From the IMG/VR virus record IMGVR_UViG_3300035703_000076, positions 4,947 through 68,946 of that record: DNA of 64,000 nucleotides; one strand, given 5' to 3'. Position 1 is the first letter of the stretch. The number at the start of each line of letters is the position of its first letter. The notes beneath the pieces are model-generated. The model was not told the DNA's origin. It worked only from the letters and a program-made list of their open reading frames with translations, and did no database searches. The DNA comes from a virus. Made by a program: the position numbers and the translations under genes. Of this stretch, positions 1-7,130 are shown one piece after another.

Positions 1-35
1 GTCGGGGCAGATGGCGGCGTGGTTTTTCATTGGTT

Positions 36-452
36 TTATTTAAAGGCAAGGTTTATTTTTTCTGAAAGAAGTTTCTCTGCGTCAAGGGTATAAGATAATT
101 CTTGCCAAAGCGGGACTTTGTGATTACTCCATTCTAAAAACTTGTATTCCATATATCTTTTTTTTGCTAATTCCAATCTTTCTTTTTGTTTTTTTGGCAA
201 TTTTGATTTACAGAAAAAAACTAATCTTAAATCAATTTTACGAATGCGTAAATCATCCTCAAAAACATTAAAATCAGCCCTTACTCCAATAAGTTCAAAT
301 TCTATGCCGTTTTCAAAAAAAGTTTTATTTTGGTATCTGTCAAAAGTTTCCCTTTCTACTTTTTCTTTTATTTTCTCAACAATAGCGTTTACTGCCGAGG
401 CTGCTTTAAATCTTTCTTGTTGAGCTTCAATTAAAAATTTCACTAATTCCAT
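36..452 (-). CDS. hypothetical phage protein (138 aa)
   Basis: ATG-started ORF co-oriented with the early region; no motif recognised. Confidence 0.75.
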   Translation of the reverse strand: MELVKFLIEAQQERFKAASAVNAIVEKIKEKVERETFDRYQNKTFFENGIEFELIGVRADFNVFEDDLRIRKIDLRLVFFCKSKLPKKQKERLELAKKRYMEYKFLEWSNHKVPLWQELSYTLDAEKLLSEKINLAFK

Positions 453-483
453 TGGTTTAAAGTTTTTGGTTATTAATAATCGG

Positions 484-570
484 TCATTGGTTCAATCCTT
501 CAAAAATTAATTCTTCGCCGGTCAAGGCGTGGTAAAGATTTCCAATCCTGAGTTCGTGTGCTTTTATCAT
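484..570 (-). pseudogene. internally collapsed remnant of an 'ELRIGN...NLYxALTGEEL' phage protein (28 aa)
   Basis: Hand translation MIKAHELRIGNLYHALTGEELIFEGLNQ*; N- and C-terminal motifs of a family recalled from Bacteroidota phages are joined directly. Confidence 0.55.
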
Positions 571-575
571 TGGTT

Positions 576-614
576 ATGTGGATAGTTAATGTGGATAGTT
601 AATGTGGATAGTTA
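576..614. repeat. 3 x 13-bp perfect tandem repeat ATGTGGATAGTTA
   Basis: Copies start at 576, 589 and 602. Confidence 0.95.
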
Positions 615-624
615 TGTTTGCTTA

Positions 625-674
625 ATTTTGTTGGATATGTGCAAGTTTATGGCACATGTCTGGTAGTTATAGGA
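625..674 (+). other. attI-like leader/recombination site of cassette array A
   Basis: 34/44 nt identical to 61424-61467, ending ATGTCTGGTAGTT; directly precedes the first cassette (GTT at 666). Confidence 0.7.
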
Positions 675-676
675 AA

Positions 677-850
677 TTAAAAAATTGAAGTGAGCCTTTT
701 CCAAAATGACTTCCATCTAAATTTAATTATCCTGTCACAAATCATACACCTATCAGTTGTGTAGTGTTCGGTATTTGTGTAAATAATGTTTCTAAAATCA
801 CCACAATCGTGTTTAGCGTGGGTGTATGCTTTGTCTTGTTCTTTATTCAT
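677..850 (-). CDS. cassette A1 gene, 57 aa, possible Zn-binding (HxC...CxxC)
   Basis: Hand translation MNKEQDKAYTHAKHDCGDF...DRCMICDR...KRLTSIF*; below the ORF-track size cut-off; fills cassette 1. Confidence 0.7.
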   Translation of the reverse strand: MNKEQDKAYTHAKHDCGDFRNIIYTNTEHYTTDRCMICDRIIKFRWKSFWKRLTSIF

Positions 851-869
851 CGTATCAATTTTTTAACTA

Positions 870-970
870 TCCTATAACAGCACCTAACAAAAATGGCTGC
901 ATAAGCATTGGTTTTCAATTCAGAAGTTCTTACAAGCAGCCACTTCTGTTAGCCGCAAAACGTTATGTGC
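870..970 (+). repeat. attC-like hairpin A1
   Basis: TCCTATAAC...TAACAAAAATGGCTGC / GCAGCCACTTCTGTTA...AAAAC-GTT. Confidence 0.85.
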
Positions 971-974
971 CATT

Positions 975-1256
975 TTAAGGCGACACGTAATAAGGGTTTG
1001 AAGCAATCTTTATGTAGCTTTTAGCATACAAATTGAATCTACTTCCATCAACCCAATAAACAGCATGTTGCGTGCTTAACATATTTACAGAATCGCATTC
1101 TATTTGTGCAGACGTAGTCCAGTTATCATCATCTGTTTTTGCTATTATGTAAGCACGTTTTGGTTTTGGTTCTAACTCACACGAAGAAAAAACGGCACAT
1201 AACAACAAACTTGCAAAAGCAAGGGTTAATCGGTTAATTGAAAATTTGTAATTCAT
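975..1256 (-). CDS. cassette A2 gene, predicted lipoprotein (93 aa)
   Basis: Hydrophobic N-terminus ending FSSC (lipobox-like); start codon lies inside hairpin A2. Confidence 0.75.
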   Translation of the reverse strand: MNYKFSINRLTLAFASLLLCAVFSSCELEPKPKRAYIIAKTDDDNWTTSAQIECDSVNMLSTQHAVYWVDGSRFNLYAKSYIKIASNPYYVSP

Positions 1257-1329
1257 ATTACATTTGTTTTAAGTTGAAATTTTGTGCTTCTAAATACTTG
1301 CCTTCGCAAGTTTGCAAAACGTTAGTGGC
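1194..1329 (+). repeat. attC-like hairpin A2
   Basis: GGCACATAAC-A-ACAAACTTGCAAAAGCAAG / CTTGCCTTCGCAAGTTTGC-AAAAC-GTT. Confidence 0.85.
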
Positions 1330-1333
1330 AAGT

Positions 1334-1549
1334 TTAAAAACCGCACTTGACACATTTTATATCCTTTTTATCCATTGAAGTGAATCCAATTGGTAATTCT
1401 GGAACATCGCATATACATTTAGATTCTTCGTTGAATATTTTATAATCATTACAAATTTTCTGCAATTCGTCTTTCTCTATAAGAAAATCACCTGTAAATT
1501 GGTCAATTCTTAGTTCATATTTTTGGATTAATTTATCTATTAGTTTCAT
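1334..1549 (-). CDS. cassette A3 gene, 71 aa, C-terminal CxC...CxxC
   Basis: ORF fills cassette 3; Cys motifs. Confidence 0.7.
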   Translation of the reverse strand: MKLIDKLIQKYELRIDQFTGDFLIEKDELQKICNDYKIFNEESKCICDVPELPIGFTSMDKKDIKCVKCGF

Positions 1550-1579
1550 ATTTTAATTTATAAATGTTAATAAAAACCA

Positions 1580-1712
1580 GCCACTAACACTCGCTATAAG
1601 TAATGGCGGGTTCAGTGGTAATTGTTGTGTTGTGCTTTCTATTGTCATTTGTTGTATTTTGATAGTGAGTAGTTCCAATACCGCCACTACTCATAGCGGA
1701 AACGTTATAGGG
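1580..1712 (+). repeat. attC-like hairpin A3
   Basis: GCCACTAAC-ACT-CGCTATAAGTAATGGCGG / CCGCCACTACTCATAGCG-GAAAC-GTT. Confidence 0.85.
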
Positions 1713-1742
1713 CATTTAAACTGTTTGGCACATAATCTTAAA

Positions 1743-1952
1743 TTACTCAATCAATAAATTATATTCGGATAGGTACTCTCGTATCTTCTCCCTGCTATCT
1801 TGATAGGCAATATACATATCTTCTGGCAGAGTCTCATACTTGAGTTTGCCTCGTAAATACTGGTCATATTCAAATATAGCCGCAGCATACTTACTGCCAT
1901 TAATTGCTAATTGTGCTTCTTCAATCGTGTCAAATTCTATGACTATTTTCAT
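1743..1952 (-). CDS. hypothetical phage protein (69 aa)
   Basis: ORF in the tightly packed minus-strand run. Confidence 0.75.
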   Translation of the reverse strand: MKIVIEFDTIEEAQLAINGSKYAAAIFEYDQYLRGKLKYETLPEDMYIAYQDSREKIREYLSEYNLLIE

Positions 1953-1976
1953 TTTAAATAAATTTAAGATTTTCTT

Positions 1977-2330
1977 TTACACCCCATACACCCGAACATT
2001 CAACCTTACCTCACCATTTGGCCGCTTCCTTCCAAGGCCAGTTAACTCGTCAAAAACGGCGTAGATTAAAGCCTTGTCCAAATCGAAGCAATCGGCTGAA
2101 AATTGACTTACCTCCATTTTGACAAACCGAAGATTCTTTTCAGGCATGGATGGAACGGAATGAAGTTTACCAGGAATCAATCCCTTTTCCTTCATTGTTC
2201 TATTCGCCTTGTTCATTGCAAGTTTGAGAAATGCTTTTCTAGCTTCGGCAGAATGGATTTCAATTTGTTTGCGGTGCTGCTCGATTTGGTCTAATCGGTA
2301 GTTAAGGATGGTTTCGTAGTTTTGGAGCAT
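1977..2330 (-). CDS. hypothetical protein
   Basis: ORF, operon packing. Confidence 0.7.
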   Translation of the reverse strand: MLQNYETILNYRLDQIEQHRKQIEIHSAEARKAFLKLAMNKANRTMKEKGLIPGKLHSVPSMPEKNLRFVKMEVSQFSADCFDLDKALIYAVFDELTGLGRKRPNGEVRLNVRVYGV

Positions 2331-2332
2331 GG

Positions 2333-2665
2333 TTAAAGATTTATTATTTCTCCTGATTCTGTTTTGTAATTAAACTTAAATCCATCGTTTACGAAGTTTC
2401 GCACAAGCGATGGGCTTGAAAAAACCTTGCCATTTTTTATGCAATTTGAAATATCTTCAATGGTTGCTCGCCCAAACTCGTAACTGTTTCCATGTAAGGT
2501 GAAAGTATCGCTTTCTCGGTCAAGCGACCACCAACCGCCACCTTTTACGTTATTTTTGTTCGTAACAAGTTGTTTGTGATAGGTGCATTTCGCCAATATC
2601 AAACAATCCCCATGTTCTTCGTCAGTTTCGATAATAAATTTTGTAAAAACGTCCATTTTCTTCAA
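2333..2665 (-). CDS. hypothetical protein (start probably MDVFTK at 2656)
   Basis: ORF, operon packing. Confidence 0.7.
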   Translation of the reverse strand: MKKMDVFTKFIIETDEEHGDCLILAKCTYHKQLVTNKNNVKGGGWWSLDRESDTFTLHGNSYEFGRATIEDISNCIKNGKVFSSPSLVRNFVNDGFKFNYKTESGEIINL

Positions 2666-2668
2666 TTT

Positions 2669-2917
2669 TTATTTGTGGTTATTTTTTGCAATTTGATTCA
2701 ATACTTCAACGTGTTCGGCTGTCAATTCAAACTCATCCCAAGCCCCGTACCTGCATTTGTAGCCGAAAAGGTACTTTAGGGCGTACTTTAATCGGTGAAA
2801 AAACGGCCTCGGTGCTAAGTGGATTTGAAGGTAAGTTGTGTTGTCGTCCTCGTCATGGTTGACAATGATTTGATGCTCGGTTGAGTAACAATTGCAGATT
2901 AAGATTTGTGGGTGCAT
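2669..2917 (-). CDS. hypothetical protein (CxC..H, YLFGY..YG.W motifs)
   Basis: ORF, operon packing. Confidence 0.7.
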   Translation of the reverse strand: MHPQILICNCYSTEHQIIVNHDEDDNTTYLQIHLAPRPFFHRLKYALKYLFGYKCRYGAWDEFELTAEHVEVLNQIAKNNHK

Positions 2918-2920
2918 GGT

Positions 2921-3838
2921 TTACTTCTCCTTCAATGGTTTAAACAAAAACTTCCTTGGTGTGGTCGAAGGAACTGAACATTCCTCAACGATTTCGGGGT
3001 AGGTTTCCTTCAATTTCTTGCTGTCTAATTTCGTTGTTTCTTCCCCTCCCTTCCAAGTGAACAATGGCTTTCCTTCTTTGCTTAAAATAACCTCATTTTC
3101 AAGCATCTTCATCTTGATAGTTTCCTCAATCGTTTCCTTCTCGCTTTCAAGCCTTGTCAATTCTTTTCGTACATTCCCAAGGGCTTTGTGTAGTTCAACG
3201 ATTCCATCATCCGCAACAATTGACTTGGCGTTGCTTTTCGGAAACATTTCAAGCACGTCCTCTGCGTTTTTCGGTTCGGGTGCAACATCAGTCAAAACGT
3301 GGTTGTGCCAAAAGTTCCTTGCCGATTCAAGTTGTTCCTCAAACAAATCTTCTTGGAACGTCCATTGCATACTTCCGATTGAACTACCACTTTTAAGGTA
3401 GAAAATGATTCCTGTTTTTAGGCCGCAAATGCCCAACTCCCAATTGATTTGCTCAATCCAATAAACGGGAATGTCATCAACCGATTCAATTCTTTGCTGG
3501 GTGTTTTTGAGGGAAATAATTACTTCCTCGTAATCCAATCGGGCAAAGGCATCAGGAACGGCAACAATACCGATTTCCTTGGTGAACATTTCCTTGTTAA
3601 GCCTTTCATGGGTTAATCGAACAACCCCGCCTTCTTGGTTGATTTTTTCAACCCCCATTTGAAGGATAAATGGTTCAATTTTGATTCCAATAAGTTGCTT
3701 TTCGGAAAGTTCACCTTTTGTGGCTTTGCCCGTTTTTTGTTGCCAGATTTGGAAGGGGGTAACGTAATCGTTAAACCCCCTGATTGCGGCAATGTCGGAA
3801 CCTCCAATGCCGTGTGCTTTGATGTTTGATTTTTCCAT
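2921..3838 (-). CDS. YqaJ-family (lambda exonuclease-like) recombination nuclease
   Basis: GIGGSDIAAI.G...Y.TP..IW..KTG N-terminal motif; PD..(S)LK core; YWIEQ. Confidence 0.85.
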   Translation of the reverse strand: MEKSNIKAHGIGGSDIAAIRGFNDYVTPFQIWQQKTGKATKGELSEKQLIGIKIEPFILQMGVEKINQEGGVVRLTHERLNKEMFTKEIGIVAVPDAFARLDYEEVIISLKNTQQRIESVDDIPVYWIEQINWELGICGLKTGIIFYLKSGSSIGSMQWTFQEDLFEEQLESARNFWHNHVLTDVAPEPKNAEDVLEMFPKSNAKSIVADDGIVELHKALGNVRKELTRLESEKETIEETIKMKMLENEVILSKEGKPLFTWKGGEETTKLDSKKLKETYPEIVEECSVPSTTPRKFLFKPLKEK

Positions 3839-3840
3839 GA

Positions 3841-4479
3841 TTAGAAAGGTAAAGAAGTGTCTTCGTCCTCAGCCGCTGGATATTGGTTGTTTGAAATGTG
3901 AGTTTCGGCAGGGCTTGTTAGTTTTGCGTACTGCTCCGAAGATTTGATTTTGTCCTTGATAAAGTCTGGCAAAGATTCAAATTTGGCTTTGTCAAAGTTG
4001 TCAAGTTCAAAAACAAAGGTTGGATTAACTTGTGGTGGACACTCCATACCTTTAATCATTGGTGAAACAGAAGCGATTTCGTTGTAAACAACAGAAGGGT
4101 CTTTTGCTCCTGGTTTCTCAATGATGTTAAGCATACAAGCAACTCCAAGAAGCTTTGTGATGTCGAACGATTTTGCTTCCGCCTCGGTGAAATCTTTGCC
4201 CCTCCAAGAAGCAAGCATCTTGCGAAGTGTTGCTTTCTCATTCATTGACAAAGTGTATTCCTTGGAAATCACACAAGGCTGTTCACCTTTGTCCTCGTTA
4301 AACACTTTCTTTTCGGTTGGAAGTTCCCATCCGATTCTCACTTTGTGAAGAAGTTTTTCTTCGCCTTGGAAGCTTTCTTTGATTGTTCCAAGTTCAATCA
4401 TTTGGTAACACCTTGCAAGGTAGTTGCCTGATGGGATTAATTCTCTTTTAACCCCTTTGTTGGTTGCGTTGATAGCCAT
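3841..4479 (-). CDS. putative ssDNA-binding/annealing protein
   Basis: Adjacent to YqaJ; G.Y.ARCY..I.LGT motif; acidic C-tail ending DTSLPF typical of SSBs. Confidence 0.65.
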   Translation of the reverse strand: MAINATNKGVKRELIPSGNYLARCYQMIELGTIKESFQGEEKLLHKVRIGWELPTEKKVFNEDKGEQPCVISKEYTLSMNEKATLRKMLASWRGKDFTEAEAKSFDITKLLGVACMLNIIEKPGAKDPSVVYNEIASVSPMIKGMECPPQVNPTFVFELDNFDKAKFESLPDFIKDKIKSSEQYAKLTSPAETHISNNQYPAAEDEDTSLPF

Positions 4480-4491
4480 TGTTTATTTGAT

Positions 4492-4920
4492 TTAAAAATT
4501 AAAGTTTACTTGTTCGTTTGGGTCGGGAATATACACGTTCAATTCCTCCGCCGCAAATTGTTTGATGTCTGCAAGATACTCCATAAACTGCGAAGTTGTT
4601 AGGTTTGAGGTGTGTCCTGTAATAGTTTTCACCTCCCCTGTTGTTTCATTTATCAAATCTTCTTTGACAAAGGTTTGCTTCATTAGTTCGTGTACTTGCC
4701 CGGTTGTTAATTTGTACCCAATTTGATAAAAACCATCTTTGAGGATTGGGTAAACTACTCCCCACAGATAGGCGTTTTGTTCGTTGCTTCGTTTTTTACG
4801 TTTTCTTTCGATTGTAAGAACTATTTCCTTCCCTTCAAAGGATTTTATCGCTTCGGTAATTGGCTGTCTATTAGACGAAATTAGGCCGTTAATTACTTTG
4901 GTCGGGAAGGATAGTTTCAT
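4492..4920 (-). CDS. NinB/YbcN-like recombination protein
   Basis: RS.EQNAYLWG, H..MK, TS.L...F..YL..I motifs. Confidence 0.75.
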   Translation of the reverse strand: MKLSFPTKVINGLISSNRQPITEAIKSFEGKEIVLTIERKRKKRSNEQNAYLWGVVYPILKDGFYQIGYKLTTGQVHELMKQTFVKEDLINETTGEVKTITGHTSNLTTSQFMEYLADIKQFAAEELNVYIPDPNEQVNFNF

Positions 4921-5132
4921 TACGCAATTACGTTTTGATTGAAAACAACATGACTCCTGTCAAGTTCTGGATTGCCTCGCTCGTTTACTAAACAGGCTTC
5001 AAGTTCAAGTTTAATATCTTCAAGGTTTACAGGTTCAACTTTTCGGATATAAAATGTTTCTTTGTCGCCTTGGTTCGCAAGGTCGTAAAATATCTCTACT
5101 TGAAATGTTGCTAATGTTTTTAGGCTTTCCAT
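4920..5132 (-). CDS. hypothetical protein
   Basis: Stop overlaps the next gene's start. Confidence 0.65.
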   Translation of the reverse strand: MESLKTLATFQVEIFYDLANQGDKETFYIRKVEPVNLEDIKLELEACLVNERGNPELDRSHVVFNQNVIA

Positions 5133-5137
5133 ATTAT

Positions 5138-5530
5138 TTAGTTCTCGTCAAAGAAATCTGATAATGATGGTTTCGAGTACCAATTTGAAATAAATCCATT
5201 TTCTCCAATATGCAAATCGATATAATCGCCATATTTTCCTGGAATTAATTCATTTGGAACATAGTCATTTTCAATAGAAGATATGGTATTTCCTTCTGAA
5301 TCTAAAAGGAAATATGAACCTTCGTCACAAACCTTCATGCTTAAATGACCTTTTTGACCTTTTGGCCAATCCAAAACTCGCCCTTCGTCAATATTAATAA
5401 TAGCAGACCACGTATTTCCACTTCTTAATGGGAAATCATTTGGTATATCCTCTTCTCCATATCTTACAGCTACGTCAACTTTGACCATTACAATTTCAAC
5501 CTCTTTTTCCGCTTTAATTATTGCTTTCAT
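5138..5530 (-). CDS. conserved hypothetical phage protein (KVCDEG.Y, YVP, YGDYI motifs)
   Basis: ORF, operon packing. Confidence 0.75.
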   Translation of the reverse strand: MKAIIKAEKEVEIVMVKVDVAVRYGEEDIPNDFPLRSGNTWSAIINIDEGRVLDWPKGQKGHLSMKVCDEGSYFLLDSEGNTISSIENDYVPNELIPGKYGDYIDLHIGENGFISNWYSKPSLSDFFDEN

Positions 5531-5553
5531 TTTATTATTGATTTTTAATTGAT

Positions 5554-5865
5554 TTACTTTTCCCTGTTGTCGTATCTTACAACTGCTGCGCTTTCCCTTT
5601 CACCATCCCCTAATTCAGCATCAACGGCATTTTGCAATTCTTTGATAAACTCGTTCGGCTTGGCTAATTCAAAGCCTGTTATCTCGTGGCTTGCTGCGTA
5701 CCTTGCCCCTGTAATATCATCGACGTAGCCTTCATTGGTTGAAACTGATACTTCAAGGTCAACCACTACCGAAATGGTTATGGTGTCATCTTTTCTTTGC
5801 GGGGTTCGGCCAAATGTGGCCTGACTTGCTGCGGCAATTGCAGCCTTGATTTGTTCTGATTTCAT
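5554..5865 (-). CDS. hypothetical protein, first gene after an early promoter
   Basis: ORF about 21 nt downstream of the predicted +1. Confidence 0.7.
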   Translation of the reverse strand: MKSEQIKAAIAAASQATFGRTPQRKDDTITISVVVDLEVSVSTNEGYVDDITGARYAASHEITGFELAKPNEFIKELQNAVDAELGDGERESAAVVRYDNREK

Positions 5866-5874
5866 CGCTTAAAT

Positions 5875-5898
5875 GTTGTTATTGACTCTGCGAAAATA
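5875..5898 (-). promoter_or_regulatory. early promoter: TATTTTCG-N4-GTCAATAACAAC
   Basis: Variant Bacteroidota -7 box plus a motif shared at identical spacing with 8218-8241 and 13465-13487. Confidence 0.7.
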
Positions 5899-5956
5899 GT
5901 AAATATTTTGATTGGAGTACAGAAATTGTTTAATTATTTTTCATGGCGCAAATAAG

Positions 5957-6226
5957 TTAGGCGCAACTAATAAGAACCGCAGATTTGAGATTGCTTGCAC
6001 CATCTGACGGGTCGATAAACATTCCATAATTAAAATACAGGTTGTTCTTAGTTTGCAAAATAATTTCCTTCGTCCTTGTTTTTACTTCGACAATTTCAAA
6101 TACTTTAAACCTGAATGACCTCCTTGGGTGGTCGTGCATATCTCTATGAAATTCACAAGCCAATAAATCGCCCTTTTCCAAGCCTTCAAAGTCTGCTATT
6201 GTTTTTAACTCTTTTGTCGTTATCAT
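5957..6226 (-). CDS. hypothetical protein (possible ex-cassette gene)
   Basis: ORF; its stop lies in GTTAGGCGCA, like the cassette gene ends. Confidence 0.7.
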   Translation of the reverse strand: MITTKELKTIADFEGLEKGDLLACEFHRDMHDHPRRSFRFKVFEIVEVKTRTKEIILQTKNNLYFNYGMFIDPSDGASNLKSAVLISCA

Positions 6227-6286
6227 TTCTTTTTCAAATTATTCCCCTGCCGAAAAGCCGCCCAGCAGGATAGCGGTTAGTTGGTT

Positions 6287-6326
6287 TCATTCAAAATTAG
6301 CCTTCCATCGAGGGTAAACATTGGGG
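6287..6326. repeat. 40-bp direct repeat, copy 1 (copy 2 at 7478-7517)
   Basis: 38/40 identical: TCATTCAAAATTAGCCTTCCATCRAGGGTRAACATTGGGG. Confidence 0.9.
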
Positions 6327-6506
6327 TTAATCTGAAACCAACAACTCAATAGAAATGTTTGATAAATCTACCCCACACCTTTCATAAATTGCCATTTTCA
6401 TATCCCATTCAAGGTCTTTTAACTCTTTTGCCTTTTCGTTTTCGTTTTTCCAATCTGTGTTCCATTTTTCAACTTCTGATAATTCAATTTTTGCTACAAT
6501 TTTCAT
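6327..6506 (-). CDS. hypothetical protein (59 aa)
   Basis: Hand translation MKIVAKIELSEVEKWN...ELLVSD*; A-rich upstream. Confidence 0.6.
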   Translation of the reverse strand: MKIVAKIELSEVEKWNTDWKNENEKAKELKDLEWDMKMAIYERCGVDLSNISIELLVSD

Positions 6507-6533
6507 TTTTTTTTGTATGTTTTTAAAATATTA

Positions 6534-7001
6534 CTATCTGCTTTCCATATCGAAAATCAACTTTGCCTCTATTGACTTCATCAGTTCTTTTATCGCCCCT
6601 TCTTTTGTTCCAGATTCGGCAACCATACCTTCTACTCCAACAAGTTCTGCCGTCCAAGAATGAAATTTACCATACGCCGTATCGGTTTTAATTTCTTGAA
6701 ATTTAATATCTAATTTTGGGAGTGCTTTGTTTGTTTTTGGCACGTGCTGACTTAATTTTTCCACTACCAATGCAAGGGTAGTAGACGGCAACCTTAACGC
6801 ATTAACGATGCACCAATTAGCAATTTCTGAATTTTGGTTAGGCAGTAAAATAGTTCTGCAAATTGCCACTATTTCGGAAAGTTGCGTTTCGGTCAAATTA
6901 AGGCCGTACTCAAATTCCATGTGTTTAAAAAGTGTTTGATTTTCTGATGCCATTGGGTTTATTTTTTGCTTGTTAAATGATAGCTTCCGCAATACGGACA
7001 T
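6534..7001 (-). CDS. hypothetical protein; C-terminus HicB-like (AEL.G..G...E..TKE.AI)
   Basis: ORF; weak motif resemblance; true start may be MASENQ at 6953. Confidence 0.55.
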   Translation of the reverse strand: MSVLRKLSFNKQKINPMASENQTLFKHMEFEYGLNLTETQLSEIVAICRTILLPNQNSEIANWCIVNALRLPSTTLALVVEKLSQHVPKTNKALPKLDIKFQEIKTDTAYGKFHSWTAELVGVEGMVAESGTKEGAIKELMKSIEAKLIFDMESR

Positions 7002-7130
7002 TTGTAAACTCGTTTAGGCTTTTTCGTTGCCAACCTTCGCTGACTTTTTCCGTAAGCCCTTCCTTGCTTGGAAAAGCTATTAACTACCTTTTGCGCTTGT
7101 TCAAATGTATCAAATGAAGTTTTTCCGCAA

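Larger units (their letters stand above)
667..1704 (+). mobile_element. integron-like gene cassette array A (cassettes 667-962, 963-1321, 1322-1704)
   Basis: Each unit starts GTT-N6/7 and ends with the exact reverse complement (N6/7-AAC) followed by a long imperfect inverted repeat; one small gene per unit. Confidence 0.8.

Noticed and set aside
576-614. DnaA-dependent origin
   Set aside because: Only 8/9 matches arising from one tandem triplication; better origin candidates lie at 14.4-14.9 kb.
666-1712. CRISPR array or REP-type repeat family
   Set aside because: Hairpin arms differ in sequence between units and the 'spacers' are whole genes; no constant repeat, and no cas or TnpA-REP gene was seen.
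870-1712. Hairpins as simple rho-independent terminators
   Set aside because: Loops are about 35-65 nt, there is no adjacent T tract, ORFs run through the arms, and termination would not explain the cassette-specific end complementarity.
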